From contig PBHC01000003.1 in the NCBI GenBank assembly GCA_002719295.1, positions 4,300 through 68,299 on the forward strand: DNA of 64,000 bases, read 5' to 3'. This DNA is from Chloroflexota bacterium (GTDB lineage Bacteria > Chloroflexota > Dehalococcoidia > Lucifugimonadales > Lucifugimonadaceae). The notes under the pieces are model-generated. The model made no database searches. It worked only from the letters and a program-made list of their open reading frames with translations, and had not been told where the DNA came from. Positions 30,702 to 42,589 of this stretch are shown piece by piece. The position numbers were made by a program, and so were the translations under genes. How positions within the stretch are numbered: position 1 is the stretch's first letter; each line of letters opens with the position of its first letter.

Positions 30702-31883
30702 TTATATACTTTCTATGTTTTTTATTAGAGAGTCCATAAAGTTTGAAGCAGGAACTCCGTCTAAAGCCCTGTGGTCAAATGTAAGAGAAAGATAAATAAA
30801 ATTCTTTAATACAGGATTGTCGTTTTCATCAAAAGCAACCTCTTTATTTACTTTTCCAAGACCCAATATAGCAACTTCAGGTGGATTAATTATAGGATTG
30901 AAATATTCAATATTATAGGAAGAAAGATTTGATATAGTAAAGCTAGATCCAGTAATCTCATCAGGCATTATTTTATTATCTTTTATTTTTTTTGAAAAAA
31001 TTCTTATTTCTTTACTTATTTCTAAAAAATCTTTATCATTAGAATTCTTAATCACAGGGACAATTAAACCGTCAGAAACAGCCATTGCAACCCCAAGATT
31101 AATATTTTTCCAAACTTTCATCTCATTATTTACAAAATGAGAATTTAATTTAGGATTAGCCTCTAAAGTATTTGAAACGACTTTAACTATAATATCGTTG
31201 ATTTGAGGTCTAATTTTTTCACTTCTCCATTGTGAAATTAGCTTTTTTTGATAAGCAAGTAAATTATCAACGCATGCTTTTGAATTAAGGGTTACCTGAG
31301 GGTTTTGAGAACTAGATGTCATTCTGCTAGCAATTACTTCTCTAATGGTTGTACTTTCAATGATTTCATCTAAAACTAAACTTTCATGTGAATCTACGGA
31401 CTCTTGTACAGAATTGCCATTATCATTAAATAACTTAACGTCTTCTTCAGAAATTCTTCCAGATGGGCCCGTACCTTTTACATTTGAAAGATCAACATTT
31501 AATTTTTTAGCAAGGTTTCTTGCTCTAGGTGAAGCAATTACTTTGTTTTCTGAAGGCTTATTTTTAGATTGAGAAACAGGTTCAGCTTTTTCTTCCTTGG
31601 GTTTATCAGGCTTTGAAGGAATATCACTTAAATTTTCCCCTTCAAGTAATATCAAGCCCAAAACAGTACCAACAGGAACTAACGTTCCTTCATTCACATC
31701 AATTCTTCCTAGAATTCCATCAGAAGGAGCCTGAACAGCCGCGTTAACTTTTGTTGATTCTATTTCTACTAATTCTTCTCCCTTTTTTACCTCTTCTCCC
31801 TGAGATTTAAGCCATTTTATTACAGTCCCGTCATTCATTGCCATACCCCATTGTGGCAAATTTATTTCTCTAGGCATGGTCAT
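30702..31883 (-). CDS. dihydrolipoamide acyltransferase (E2, AcoC-like)
   Basis: lipoyl motif ESTKV, ASPRAR..GTGPSGRI, FDHRALDG. Confidence 0.92.
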   Translation of the reverse strand: MTMPREINLPQWGMAMNDGTVIKWLKSQGEEVKKGEELVEIESTKVNAAVQAPSDGILGRIDVNEGTLVPVGTVLGLILLEGENLSDIPSKPDKPKEEKAEPVSQSKNKPSENKVIASPRARNLAKKLNVDLSNVKGTGPSGRISEEDVKLFNDNGNSVQESVDSHESLVLDEIIESTTIREVIASRMTSSSQNPQVTLNSKACVDNLLAYQKKLISQWRSEKIRPQINDIIVKVVSNTLEANPKLNSHFVNNEMKVWKNINLGVAMAVSDGLIVPVIKNSNDKDFLEISKEIRIFSKKIKDNKIMPDEITGSSFTISNLSSYNIEYFNPIINPPEVAILGLGKVNKEVAFDENDNPVLKNFIYLSLTFDHRALDGVPASNFMDSLIKNIESI

Positions 31884-32577
31884 CTCCTGTTTTTCTTAGT
31901 TTTTCAAAAAGCTCATTGAAGTCTTTTACAATAAAATCAGGCTTTAGCATTCTGTGGCACTCTTCATATGGCAAATTATAACGGTTGATGTAAACACCTT
32001 TCATTCCGCAACTCTTAGCCCCCATTACGTCAAATGAATTGGCCGAAACCATCAAAATTTCAGATAAATTAAACCCTGATATTAAGGATGCTTTTCTATA
32101 AACGCCTGAATAAGGCTTAAAGGCTCCTACTTCTTCAACAGAAATAACCTTTTCAAAGTCAAATTTTATTCTGTTTTTTGCTAAATGTTCCAAAAATGGC
32201 TTATTTCCATTAGATAATGCTATTAAAGAAAAGTTTTTGTTCATTAATTGAAGGTTTTCAGAAACTTCAGAAAAAGGAATTAGATTTTGCCAATTATCAT
32301 CCCATAAATCTAACTCTTTTAGAGATGGTTCCATATTAAATTTTCTAGCAGTATATTTAAATGCGTTTTTAACTGTGTTTAAATATCCGCTGTGACCTAG
32401 GTCAAGAATGTTATCTTGGTACTGTTCTATTCGCTGTCTATGGCGTAAAAAAGCCCAAAATTCTTCAGGGGACACTGAAGACTTATTGTTATCTATTAAA
32501 TTTTTTATTGAAGGTTTAGTACTTTTTTCCAAGTCTAAAATTGTTCCAAATAAATCGAAGGTCAAAGCTTTTATCAT
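31870..32577 (-). CDS. haloacid dehalogenase type II (L-2-haloacid dehalogenase-like)
   Basis: FDLFGT, LSNGN, FKP..VY, VSANSFD. Confidence 0.85.
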   Translation of the reverse strand: MIKALTFDLFGTILDLEKSTKPSIKNLIDNNKSSVSPEEFWAFLRHRQRIEQYQDNILDLGHSGYLNTVKNAFKYTARKFNMEPSLKELDLWDDNWQNLIPFSEVSENLQLMNKNFSLIALSNGNKPFLEHLAKNRIKFDFEKVISVEEVGAFKPYSGVYRKASLISGFNLSEILMVSANSFDVMGAKSCGMKGVYINRYNLPYEECHRMLKPDFIVKDFNELFEKLRKTGDDHA

Positions 32578-32580
32578 AAT

Positions 32581-33540
32581 TTATTCCATTACCTTCTTAG
32601 TAGCTGTAATTATTTTTTCTATATTTGGATAAACAAGTTTCTCTAATGAAGGAGTGTATGGAATATGCACTTGTTCAGAAGCAACTTTCATAATTGGGGA
32701 TTGTAAAAACCAAAAGCCCTCTTCGGCTACTATTGAAGATATCTCTGATGCTGCAGAGCAAACTTTGTGAGCAGGGTCAACAACTATGAGGCGACCTGTT
32801 TTTTCAACTGAATTTAAAATCGTTTCTTTATCCAAAGGAACCAATGTTCTGGGGTTTATAACTTCAGCAGATATACCTTCTTTTTCTAGTTCTTTTGCAG
32901 CAGACAGAGATAAATTTACTGAGCCCGCAATCCCAACAATAGTACAGTCTGTTCCTTCTTTAACTATTTGCGCTTTTCCAAAAGGAATTTCTTCTTCAAC
33001 AACTTCTCCTCTTGTTCCATAAAGATTAGCATCTTCAAAAATTATTACGGGATCATCATCTCTTACAGCTGTTTTCAACAGACCTTTAGCATCCGAAGGA
33101 TTTGCAGGGACAGCTATTTTTATGCCTGGCATATTCATAAACATAGGATAAGGTCTGTCAGAATGATGTGCCGCAGATCCACTTCCATACATCATTGAAG
33201 CTCTATAAACCACAGGAAGGGTTGCTTGCCCTCCAAACATATATCGCATTTTTGCCGCCTGAGAAATAAGCTGATCCATTGCAACCCACATGAAACTAGT
33301 AACTGTTTCTACTATTGGTCTCATTCCAACCAAAGAAGCGCCTATAGCTGCTCCAAAAAAACCGTTTTCTGATAATGGTGTATCCAAAACTCGCTCATCT
33401 CCAAATTCATTGTAAAGATTTGCGGTAGCACCATAAACAGAAAGCCTTATATCTTCTCCCATAATAAATACATTTTGGTCTCTTCTCATTTCTTCTGCAA
33501 TTGCTTCATTGATTGCTTCAGCAAAAATTTTTTCTGCCAT
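32581..33540 (-). CDS. TPP-dependent dehydrogenase E1 beta (AcoB-like; start moved to ATG 33540)
   Basis: MGED, DTPLSE, DAKGLL; AAGGAG RBS before MAEKIF. Confidence 0.92.
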   Translation of the reverse strand: MAEKIFAEAINEAIAEEMRRDQNVFIMGEDIRLSVYGATANLYNEFGDERVLDTPLSENGFFGAAIGASLVGMRPIVETVTSFMWVAMDQLISQAAKMRYMFGGQATLPVVYRASMMYGSGSAAHHSDRPYPMFMNMPGIKIAVPANPSDAKGLLKTAVRDDDPVIIFEDANLYGTRGEVVEEEIPFGKAQIVKEGTDCTIVGIAGSVNLSLSAAKELEKEGISAEVINPRTLVPLDKETILNSVEKTGRLIVVDPAHKVCSAASEISSIVAEEGFWFLQSPIMKVASEQVHIPYTPSLEKLVYPNIEKIITATKKVME

Positions 33541-33557
33541 TTTATCTCCTTTTATAG

Positions 33558-34547
33558 CTATGGTTTCGGAATTGGGTTTGCCCACATATCCTCAAATAAA
33601 TCTTCCGGTTCAGGAAAGCTGCTATTTCTAGCAAATTCAACAGCGTCTTCTGTTTCCGCATATGAATTTTTCTCAATTTCATCACACTCTTCTTCAGATA
33701 GAACACCCCTGTCTATAAGCTTCTTTTTATGAATTAAAATAGGGTCTCGTTCTCTCCATTTATCAATTTCTTCTTCTGTTCTATACTCTCCTCTTCTAAC
33801 TCTACCCAGCCCTAATGAGTGTTCTTCAAATCTGTATGTCAAGCCTTCAATCAAAGTAGGGCCTTCTCCATTCCTGGCCCTTTTCACGGCCTCTGTAGTT
33901 GCTTCATACATAGCTTCAGCATTTTGCCCATCGACTAAAATTCCTGGCATATTATAGGCTGGGGCTCTATCTGAAACATTATCAACCGCTACTGAGTTTT
34001 GATAAGAAGTGGTTATGGCAAATTGATTGTTCTCGCATACAAAAATAACTGGCAATTTCCATATTGAAGCGAGATTCATTGATTCGTGGCAAGCTCCTTG
34101 GTTAGAAGCTCCGTCTCCAAAAAAAACAACAGAAACAAAATCTTTTTTGCCTATTTTTGCAGCCAACCCTGCTCCTGTAGCCACAGGGACAGAAGATGCA
34201 ACAATTCCAGATTCACCTAAAATTCCAACAGAAAAATCTGCTAGGTGCATTGATCCTCCCTTTCCGTTACAGTAACCATCTACTTTTCCATAAATTTCTG
34301 CCATAGCTTTTTTTATACTTCCGCCTTTTGCAAGCGGGTGACCATGAGAACGATGGTTTCCTGCTATATAATCTGTATCTTTCAAAGCCAGGCACACTCC
34401 AACGGCCACAGCTTCTTCTCCAATATAAGGATGAGCGGCCCCTACAAATTCTCCAGCTTCATGAACTTCCATTACTTTTTCTTCAAATGTTCTTATGGTC
34501 CACATTCTTTGAAGCATTAATTTTTGAATATCATTGGTTATTTCCAT
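33558..34547 (-). CDS. TPP-dependent dehydrogenase E1 alpha (AcoA-like)
   Basis: HRSHGH, GKGGSMH, GDGA..ENN TPP motif. Confidence 0.92.
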   Translation of the reverse strand: MEITNDIQKLMLQRMWTIRTFEEKVMEVHEAGEFVGAAHPYIGEEAVAVGVCLALKDTDYIAGNHRSHGHPLAKGGSIKKAMAEIYGKVDGYCNGKGGSMHLADFSVGILGESGIVASSVPVATGAGLAAKIGKKDFVSVVFFGDGASNQGACHESMNLASIWKLPVIFVCENNQFAITTSYQNSVAVDNVSDRAPAYNMPGILVDGQNAEAMYEATTEAVKRARNGEGPTLIEGLTYRFEEHSLGLGRVRRGEYRTEEEIDKWRERDPILIHKKKLIDRGVLSEEECDEIEKNSYAETEDAVEFARNSSFPEPEDLFEDMWANPIPKP

Positions 34548-34571
34548 ATTTCTTCCCTATTTTTTTTACTC

Positions 34572-34609
34572 TTGGGAAACATCTTCATGTTGGGAAATAA
34601 TATTGTCAA
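34572..34609 (-). promoter_or_regulatory. candidate promoter/operator of the E1-E2 operon
   Basis: TTGACA on minus strand (34609-34604); TTGGGAAA direct repeat at 34572 and 34590; AACAT-N4-ATGTT at 34578-34591. Confidence 0.4.
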
Positions 34610-34728
34610 GTTTATAAACTATTCTTTTTTATTTTCATCTAATCAAGTTTGATTTATTTATGAAAGTTACAAATAGGTTTCTATAACTTTATAATCGTAT
34701 TCAAATCATATAGTATTTATATATCTAG

Positions 34729-37547
<2,819 letters not shown>

Positions 37548-37551
<4 letters not shown>

Positions 37552-38102
37552 ACAAATTCTCCATCAGGGTTTATTTCAAAAATAGATTCATAATGAAATC
37601 CTTTATTAAGAATTTGTTCAGATCCTCCCATTTTTCTGTCGAGAACGCTTAGTACAAGGCTTATATTACACCCAAAATCTTCAATTGCAGAAATTGCTTG
37701 AAACAATGAGCCTCCGGTCGAAATAGTATCATCCAAAACAATAACTGATGAATTTGGTTGAATATTTCCTTCAATTTGTTTTTGAGTACCATGGTCTTTT
37801 TTATCAGATCTAACAAAAAAGCCACTTAAAGGATTCTCCGTATTCGCTGACATAGCAACAGTTGCTCCTATTAACGGAACAGCTGCAACTGCAGGCCCAC
37901 CAATAAATCTTATTTTGTGTTTTATAGATAGATCAATTATCCATTTTGCTATAATTTGTGAAGATTCAGGGTCCATAGACAATAATCTTCCATCAAAATA
38001 AAAATTAGATTTTAAACCACTTGATAATGTAAAATTACCATAGACAAGAGCTTTTAAATCAATTGCATTTTCTAATAATTTTTTCTTAGTTGCTTTGTCC
38101 AT
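37548..38102 (-). CDS. pyrE: orotate phosphoribosyltransferase
   Basis: FTLSSG..S.FYFD, KDHG, VLDDTISTGGS. Confidence 0.93.
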
Positions 38103-38691
38103 TTTTATATAACATATTATCTTCTATATAATCTGCAATTTCTATTGTGGTATCGTTATTTATTGATTGATTTAATAAAATTTTTTTTCTGATAGCAGAA
38201 GAGCTCAATGATGAAATTCTATCTAAATAAAAACATTCATTCTTCTCTAAACTAAATTTAGATGATTTAGATCTTTTTATAACGATAAAATTATATTTTC
38301 TTTTTAAATAATCGCCTTGTTTCCAACTATCAAGTTCTAGAAAAGAATCCTCTCCTAAAGCTAATGTATCAATAGGAATATTTTTAGATGACAAAAAATT
38401 TAGAGTATCGAAAGTATAGCTGGGGGTGTCTCTATATATTTCATAGTCTATTATTTTTACACTGTTGAAATCATTAAAAGCTAATTTACACATTTCAAGT
38501 CTTTGTAAAGGGGTTGCAACCGGAGGCTTGGGTTTCATATAGGGATTTCCAGATGGAACAACATATATTTTTTCAGGAGAAAAATTTAAATTGATTTTTT
38601 TGACTATTTCAATATGACCATAATGAATAGGGTCAAAAGTTCCTCCAAAAATTAGATTTTTTATTTTTTTATTCTTCCCAGGTAAATTCAT
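38086..38691 (-). CDS. nadD: nicotinate-nucleotide adenylyltransferase
   Basis: FGGTFDPIHYGH, SYT, SSSAIR. Confidence 0.93.
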   Translation of the reverse strand: MNLPGKNKKIKNLIFGGTFDPIHYGHIEIVKKINLNFSPEKIYVVPSGNPYMKPKPPVATPLQRLEMCKLAFNDFNSVKIIDYEIYRDTPSYTFDTLNFLSSKNIPIDTLALGEDSFLELDSWKQGDYLKRKYNFIVIKRSKSSKFSLEKNECFYLDRISSLSSSAIRKKILLNQSINNDTTIEIADYIEDNMLYKNGQSN

Positions 38692-39919
38692 AATTAGAAA
38701 TCTTTATTTTATCTCCTTTTTTTATCCCTAGATTATTTAATTCGTCGGAAATCTTAGATGACTTTAGTTTATATTGAAATTGAACTAAAGCTTTCCAGTT
38801 ACTTAAATCCGACCCTTCAGCTAACTGGATAAAATTTCTATCAAGTATTTCATAAAAATCTTGCGTTTTTTTAACTTTATTAATATTTAAATTTCTTAGA
38901 TTTATAGTTGGTATAAAGGCATCATTTTCAGAGTTATTTACTTCACTCATATTTTTCAGAACAAAAAGTAGTATTTCTTTATTTTTTTCTGAATTTTTAT
39001 TAGAAAAATAAAAAGGAAGCGTTGAAAGGAAGGGAAATTTTTCTAACAATTTATTGTTAATAATCTTTTTCTCGTCTGAATTTACATTTTCTGATTTTGA
39101 GATTAAAACTATAAACTTTTTAGTTAAAAGATTTTCATCGAACGAAGAAATAGAATCAAGTAAATTGTCAATCTGTTCAATGATATTTTCTCCATGCTCA
39201 ACCGTAAGGCAGACAAATTTTGAAAAGTATAAGTGTTTTAAGTAATTAGCACCCAATCCTTTTCCATTATCAATAGACGGCAGTTCAATAATTTTTATAT
39301 TTGAATAATTGACTTTGGAAATTGCTATTACAGGCTCTCTGGTTGTGTATGGATATGTATTTATTTCAGGTTTTGCATTTGAAAAAGAAGATAAAAAGCT
39401 AGACTTGCCAGAATTAGGAAGTCCTAGTAATAACAAATCAGAATTTATTCTATAATCAAGTTCCAAAGAATAGATTTGAGAATGCTGACCCGCTTCAGCC
39501 AACAATGGTTCTTTATTTTGAGAAGATACAAAAGAGGTGTTTCCTTTTCCACCAGATCCCCCTAAATATAATTCTATTTCGGATGTTTCATTTAAAATTG
39601 AGGCTACTAATGTTTTATTTTCACCTGAAATTTCCCAAACCAAACACCCAATCGGCAAATCTAAAGTTAAATTTTTTCCCTTTGATCCAGATTTCTTTTG
39701 TTTAGAGCCATCATTTCCATTTTCAGCAAAAAAACTTTTTTGAAATGAATATTTATTTAAATCTGATAGATTGGAATTAGCTTTCAATATTATATTTCCA
39801 CCAGATCCCCCATTACCACCATCTGGGCCACCCCTAGAATTATTAGAGTCCCTATTGAAACTTACTGATCCTTTTCCACCATTACCAGGTTTAACTTTTA
39901 TTATTAATTTATCTATCAT
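38669..39919 (-). CDS. obgE: Obg family GTPase ObgE/CgtA
   Basis: Gly-rich Obg fold GGPDGGNGGSGG, GLPNSGKS, YPYTT, C-terminal GIKKGDKI domain. Confidence 0.9.
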   Translation of the reverse strand: MIDKLIIKVKPGNGGKGSVSFNRDSNNSRGGPDGGNGGSGGNIILKANSNLSDLNKYSFQKSFFAENGNDGSKQKKSGSKGKNLTLDLPIGCLVWEISGENKTLVASILNETSEIELYLGGSGGKGNTSFVSSQNKEPLLAEAGQHSQIYSLELDYRINSDLLLLGLPNSGKSSFLSSFSNAKPEINTYPYTTREPVIAISKVNYSNIKIIELPSIDNGKGLGANYLKHLYFSKFVCLTVEHGENIIEQIDNLLDSISSFDENLLTKKFIVLISKSENVNSDEKKIINNKLLEKFPFLSTLPFYFSNKNSEKNKEILLFVLKNMSEVNNSENDAFIPTINLRNLNINKVKKTQDFYEILDRNFIQLAEGSDLSNWKALVQFQYKLKSSKISDELNNLGIKKGDKIKISNYEFTWEE

Positions 39920-40049
39920 ATATATGTTTATTTAATAATAATATTTAAATGTGTTGAAATTGTTAATAAAGGAATGGTATTCAAGTTGAATTATTTTTGT
40001 TGAAAAAGGTAAATAACTGTTGAAAGAAATTAATTTTCGGAGAAAAGTA
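39920..40049. other. probable replication origin (oriC) downstream of dnaA
   Basis: five or six co-oriented DnaA-box-like 9-mers (TGTTGAAAN-type on +) next to an AT-rich stretch with TAT triplets. Confidence 0.65.
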
Positions 40050-41354
40050 TTAATTTTGTAAAATAGTTTTCTCTATTTCAGCCTTTAATTGAACATTTTT
40101 TGACAACTCTTTTTTAATTTTGTTGACAGAATAAATAATTGTAGAATGGTTTCGGTTTCCCAGCAACTTTCCTGCTTGACCTGTAGAAAAATTAGATTTT
40201 TCTACTAATAGATAAGCTGCAAAATGTCTAGCATAGTTGGTTTTTTTATCGTTTTTCCGGCTTTTTAAATCTGCTTCATCTATTCCGAACATATATTTTA
40301 TTAAACTGAATATTTTTTCTATTGAAATTGTTATATCTTTTATGGTTTCTAATTTATAGTCTTGAATTATGTTTAAAACCATTTCTTCAGAGACGTTTTT
40401 ATTTAGGAGCTCTGTATGTGCTACTAATGATTTTATGATTCCCTCAATTTCACTAAAAGAATGAAATTTTTTAGAAGAAATAAAGTCAATTAATTTTTCA
40501 TCATAATTATTAAAATTCTTGTTAAATTTATTCAAAATATATTTTCTTGCAGTTTCTTTATCTGGGGTTTGAATTTTTACAATTAATCCAGACTTTAATA
40601 TTGATGTTAATCTTGAAGACATATTTATTTTATTTGGGTGGTTATAAGAAGTTACAATTACCTGTTTTTCTGATAATTGGAGCTGATTAATAATGTGAAT
40701 TAAAGATTCTACTGTTTGTTTTTTACCAGAGAAAAAATCAATATCATCTATGATAAATATGTCGCAATCACGATATTTCTTCATTTCACTTAAATTATTA
40801 TTCTTGATAGATTTTACAAAATCATTTGTATAAGATTCTCCTGTTACAGAAACGATATCTAATCCTTTGACTTTTAATGTTTTGGCTATTGCTTGAATTA
40901 GATGTGTTTTTCCTAATCCCCATTCACCATAAATATATAGAGGGTTATACAGAGCCCCTGGGCTTTCACAGACCTTTTTTGCGGCGGCATAAGCTAAATA
41001 ATTAGAAGATCCAGTTATGAAGTTTTCAAAGTTAAATTTTGGGTTAACCCAGGATCCTTTTATTCTTCCTAATTCTGTTTTTTTTGCTTGTTCTATTTCA
41101 TTTGTAGTAAGAACATATTTAAGTTTATATTTTTTTCCTATTGTCTGTACTAGTGCTTCTGTAATAGAGTCTTCTAATCTTTTTGTAAGCATTTCAATAG
41201 CAAAGATACTTTCAACAGAAACTATTAATTCATCACCATCGATCGTTAGGCCTTTTGTATTTTTAAGCCATGTTTTAAACATGCTTTCTTGGACAACCAT
41301 TTCTAAATATCCAAGGGCTCCGGACCATATATTTTTTGCACTAAAATTATCCAT
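40050..41354 (-). CDS. dnaA: chromosomal replication initiator DnaA
   Basis: FKTWL, FENF, YNPLYIYGEWGLGKTHL, IDDI, RNHSTII. Confidence 0.95.
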   Translation of the reverse strand: MDNFSAKNIWSGALGYLEMVVQESMFKTWLKNTKGLTIDGDELIVSVESIFAIEMLTKRLEDSITEALVQTIGKKYKLKYVLTTNEIEQAKKTELGRIKGSWVNPKFNFENFITGSSNYLAYAAAKKVCESPGALYNPLYIYGEWGLGKTHLIQAIAKTLKVKGLDIVSVTGESYTNDFVKSIKNNNLSEMKKYRDCDIFIIDDIDFFSGKKQTVESLIHIINQLQLSEKQVIVTSYNHPNKINMSSRLTSILKSGLIVKIQTPDKETARKYILNKFNKNFNNYDEKLIDFISSKKFHSFSEIEGIIKSLVAHTELLNKNVSEEMVLNIIQDYKLETIKDITISIEKIFSLIKYMFGIDEADLKSRKNDKKTNYARHFAAYLLVEKSNFSTGQAGKLLGNRNHSTIIYSVNKIKKELSKNVQLKAEIEKTILQN

Positions 41355-41634
41355 TTAACTCCTAAGGTTAAAAAAATTAAATATAAATAAATACTTAAGT
41401 AGCGATTCTTTGCGACGAAGAAAATTTGAAATATTTCTAAAAATAGAAACAATAATTACCGCATGATCAAAAAATAGCATATAAAAATATTAATAACAGG
41501 CTTTTAAAAAATAAAAATATATTATTTTTTGTCTTTTTTTTAATTTCGTATATTTTTTTTTCACCAATAAGATAAAAAATATTTTTTTGAGACATAAACG
41601 CTTATAATTTAATTAATATTTATTTTAAAATTTA

Positions 41635-42555
41635 ATGAAAATAATTTTTTACGGAACAACAGATGAATCTTTAGACGTACTGATAGAGCTGTCTAAAAAA
41701 AATGAAATTTTAGGAGTTATATCTAAAAAGTCTCCTACTGTTACAAAACGAAGAAATATTAAAGTTTCTAAAATTTTAGAATTTTCTTCTGATAAATTTC
41801 CTGTTTTCCAACCTGAGATTTTAGATAAAACCTTTGAAAAACAAATAAAAGCGTTAAATCCAGATTTAGCAGTTGTGGTTGCTTATGGAAAAATATTGAA
41901 AAAGAGTCTAATAGAAATTCCTAAGTATGGAACCATTAATATCCATCCATCATTATTGCCAAAATATAGAGGTCCGTCTCCTGTTCAAAATACTATTCTT
42001 AATCAAGATAAACAAACAGGTTTTACAATTATACAAATGGATGAAGGTATTGATTCTGGAAATATTCTTTACCAGAGCAAAAAATTTAATCTTTCTTTAA
42101 ACGAAAAATACTCAGAACTTCTAAAATTATTATTTAATGAATCTTCACAAATTATTAATAAATTTCTTTTAGATTTAGAAAATAAAAAACTAAAACAAGA
42201 AATTCAAAATTTAGATGAAGGTTCATATACAAATTTGATAAAAAAAGATTCTGGAAAAATAAATTGGAATGAAGCCTCTTCTAATATTTATGCTAAATTT
42301 AGAGCTTTTTATGATTGGCCAAAATTATACTCTTATCATTTAGGAAAGAGATTTATTGTGCATGACTTAGAATTATCAGACATTTCTTCTGAAAAAGCTG
42401 GAAAAATTGAAACTATAAATGGCAATATTTTTATTCATACATCTACAAATATGCTTTGTTTGAAAAAAATTCAATTTGAAGGCAAACAGATAATAGAACC
42501 ATATGCTTATTTTAATAATTTTGATTTATCTAAAACAATTTTAGAGACTAAATAA
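41635..42555 (+). CDS. fmt: methionyl-tRNA formyltransferase
   Basis: VVAYG, NIHPSLLPKYRGPSP, MDEGIDSG. Confidence 0.93.
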   Translation: MKIIFYGTTDESLDVLIELSKKNEILGVISKKSPTVTKRRNIKVSKILEFSSDKFPVFQPEILDKTFEKQIKALNPDLAVVVAYGKILKKSLIEIPKYGTINIHPSLLPKYRGPSPVQNTILNQDKQTGFTIIQMDEGIDSGNILYQSKKFNLSLNEKYSELLKLLFNESSQIINKFLLDLENKKLKQEIQNLDEGSYTNLIKKDSGKINWNEASSNIYAKFRAFYDWPKLYSYHLGKRFIVHDLELSDISSEKAGKIETINGNIFIHTSTNMLCLKKIQFEGKQIIEPYAYFNNFDLSKTILETK

Positions 42556-42589
42556 GCTCTAATTGTTATCCTTTAAATAAGAAAAAGTT

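Noticed and set aside
41355..41634. dnaA-fmt intergenic region as origin or ncRNA
   Set aside because: AT-rich, but no clear box cluster or stable structure; it could still be a secondary origin part.
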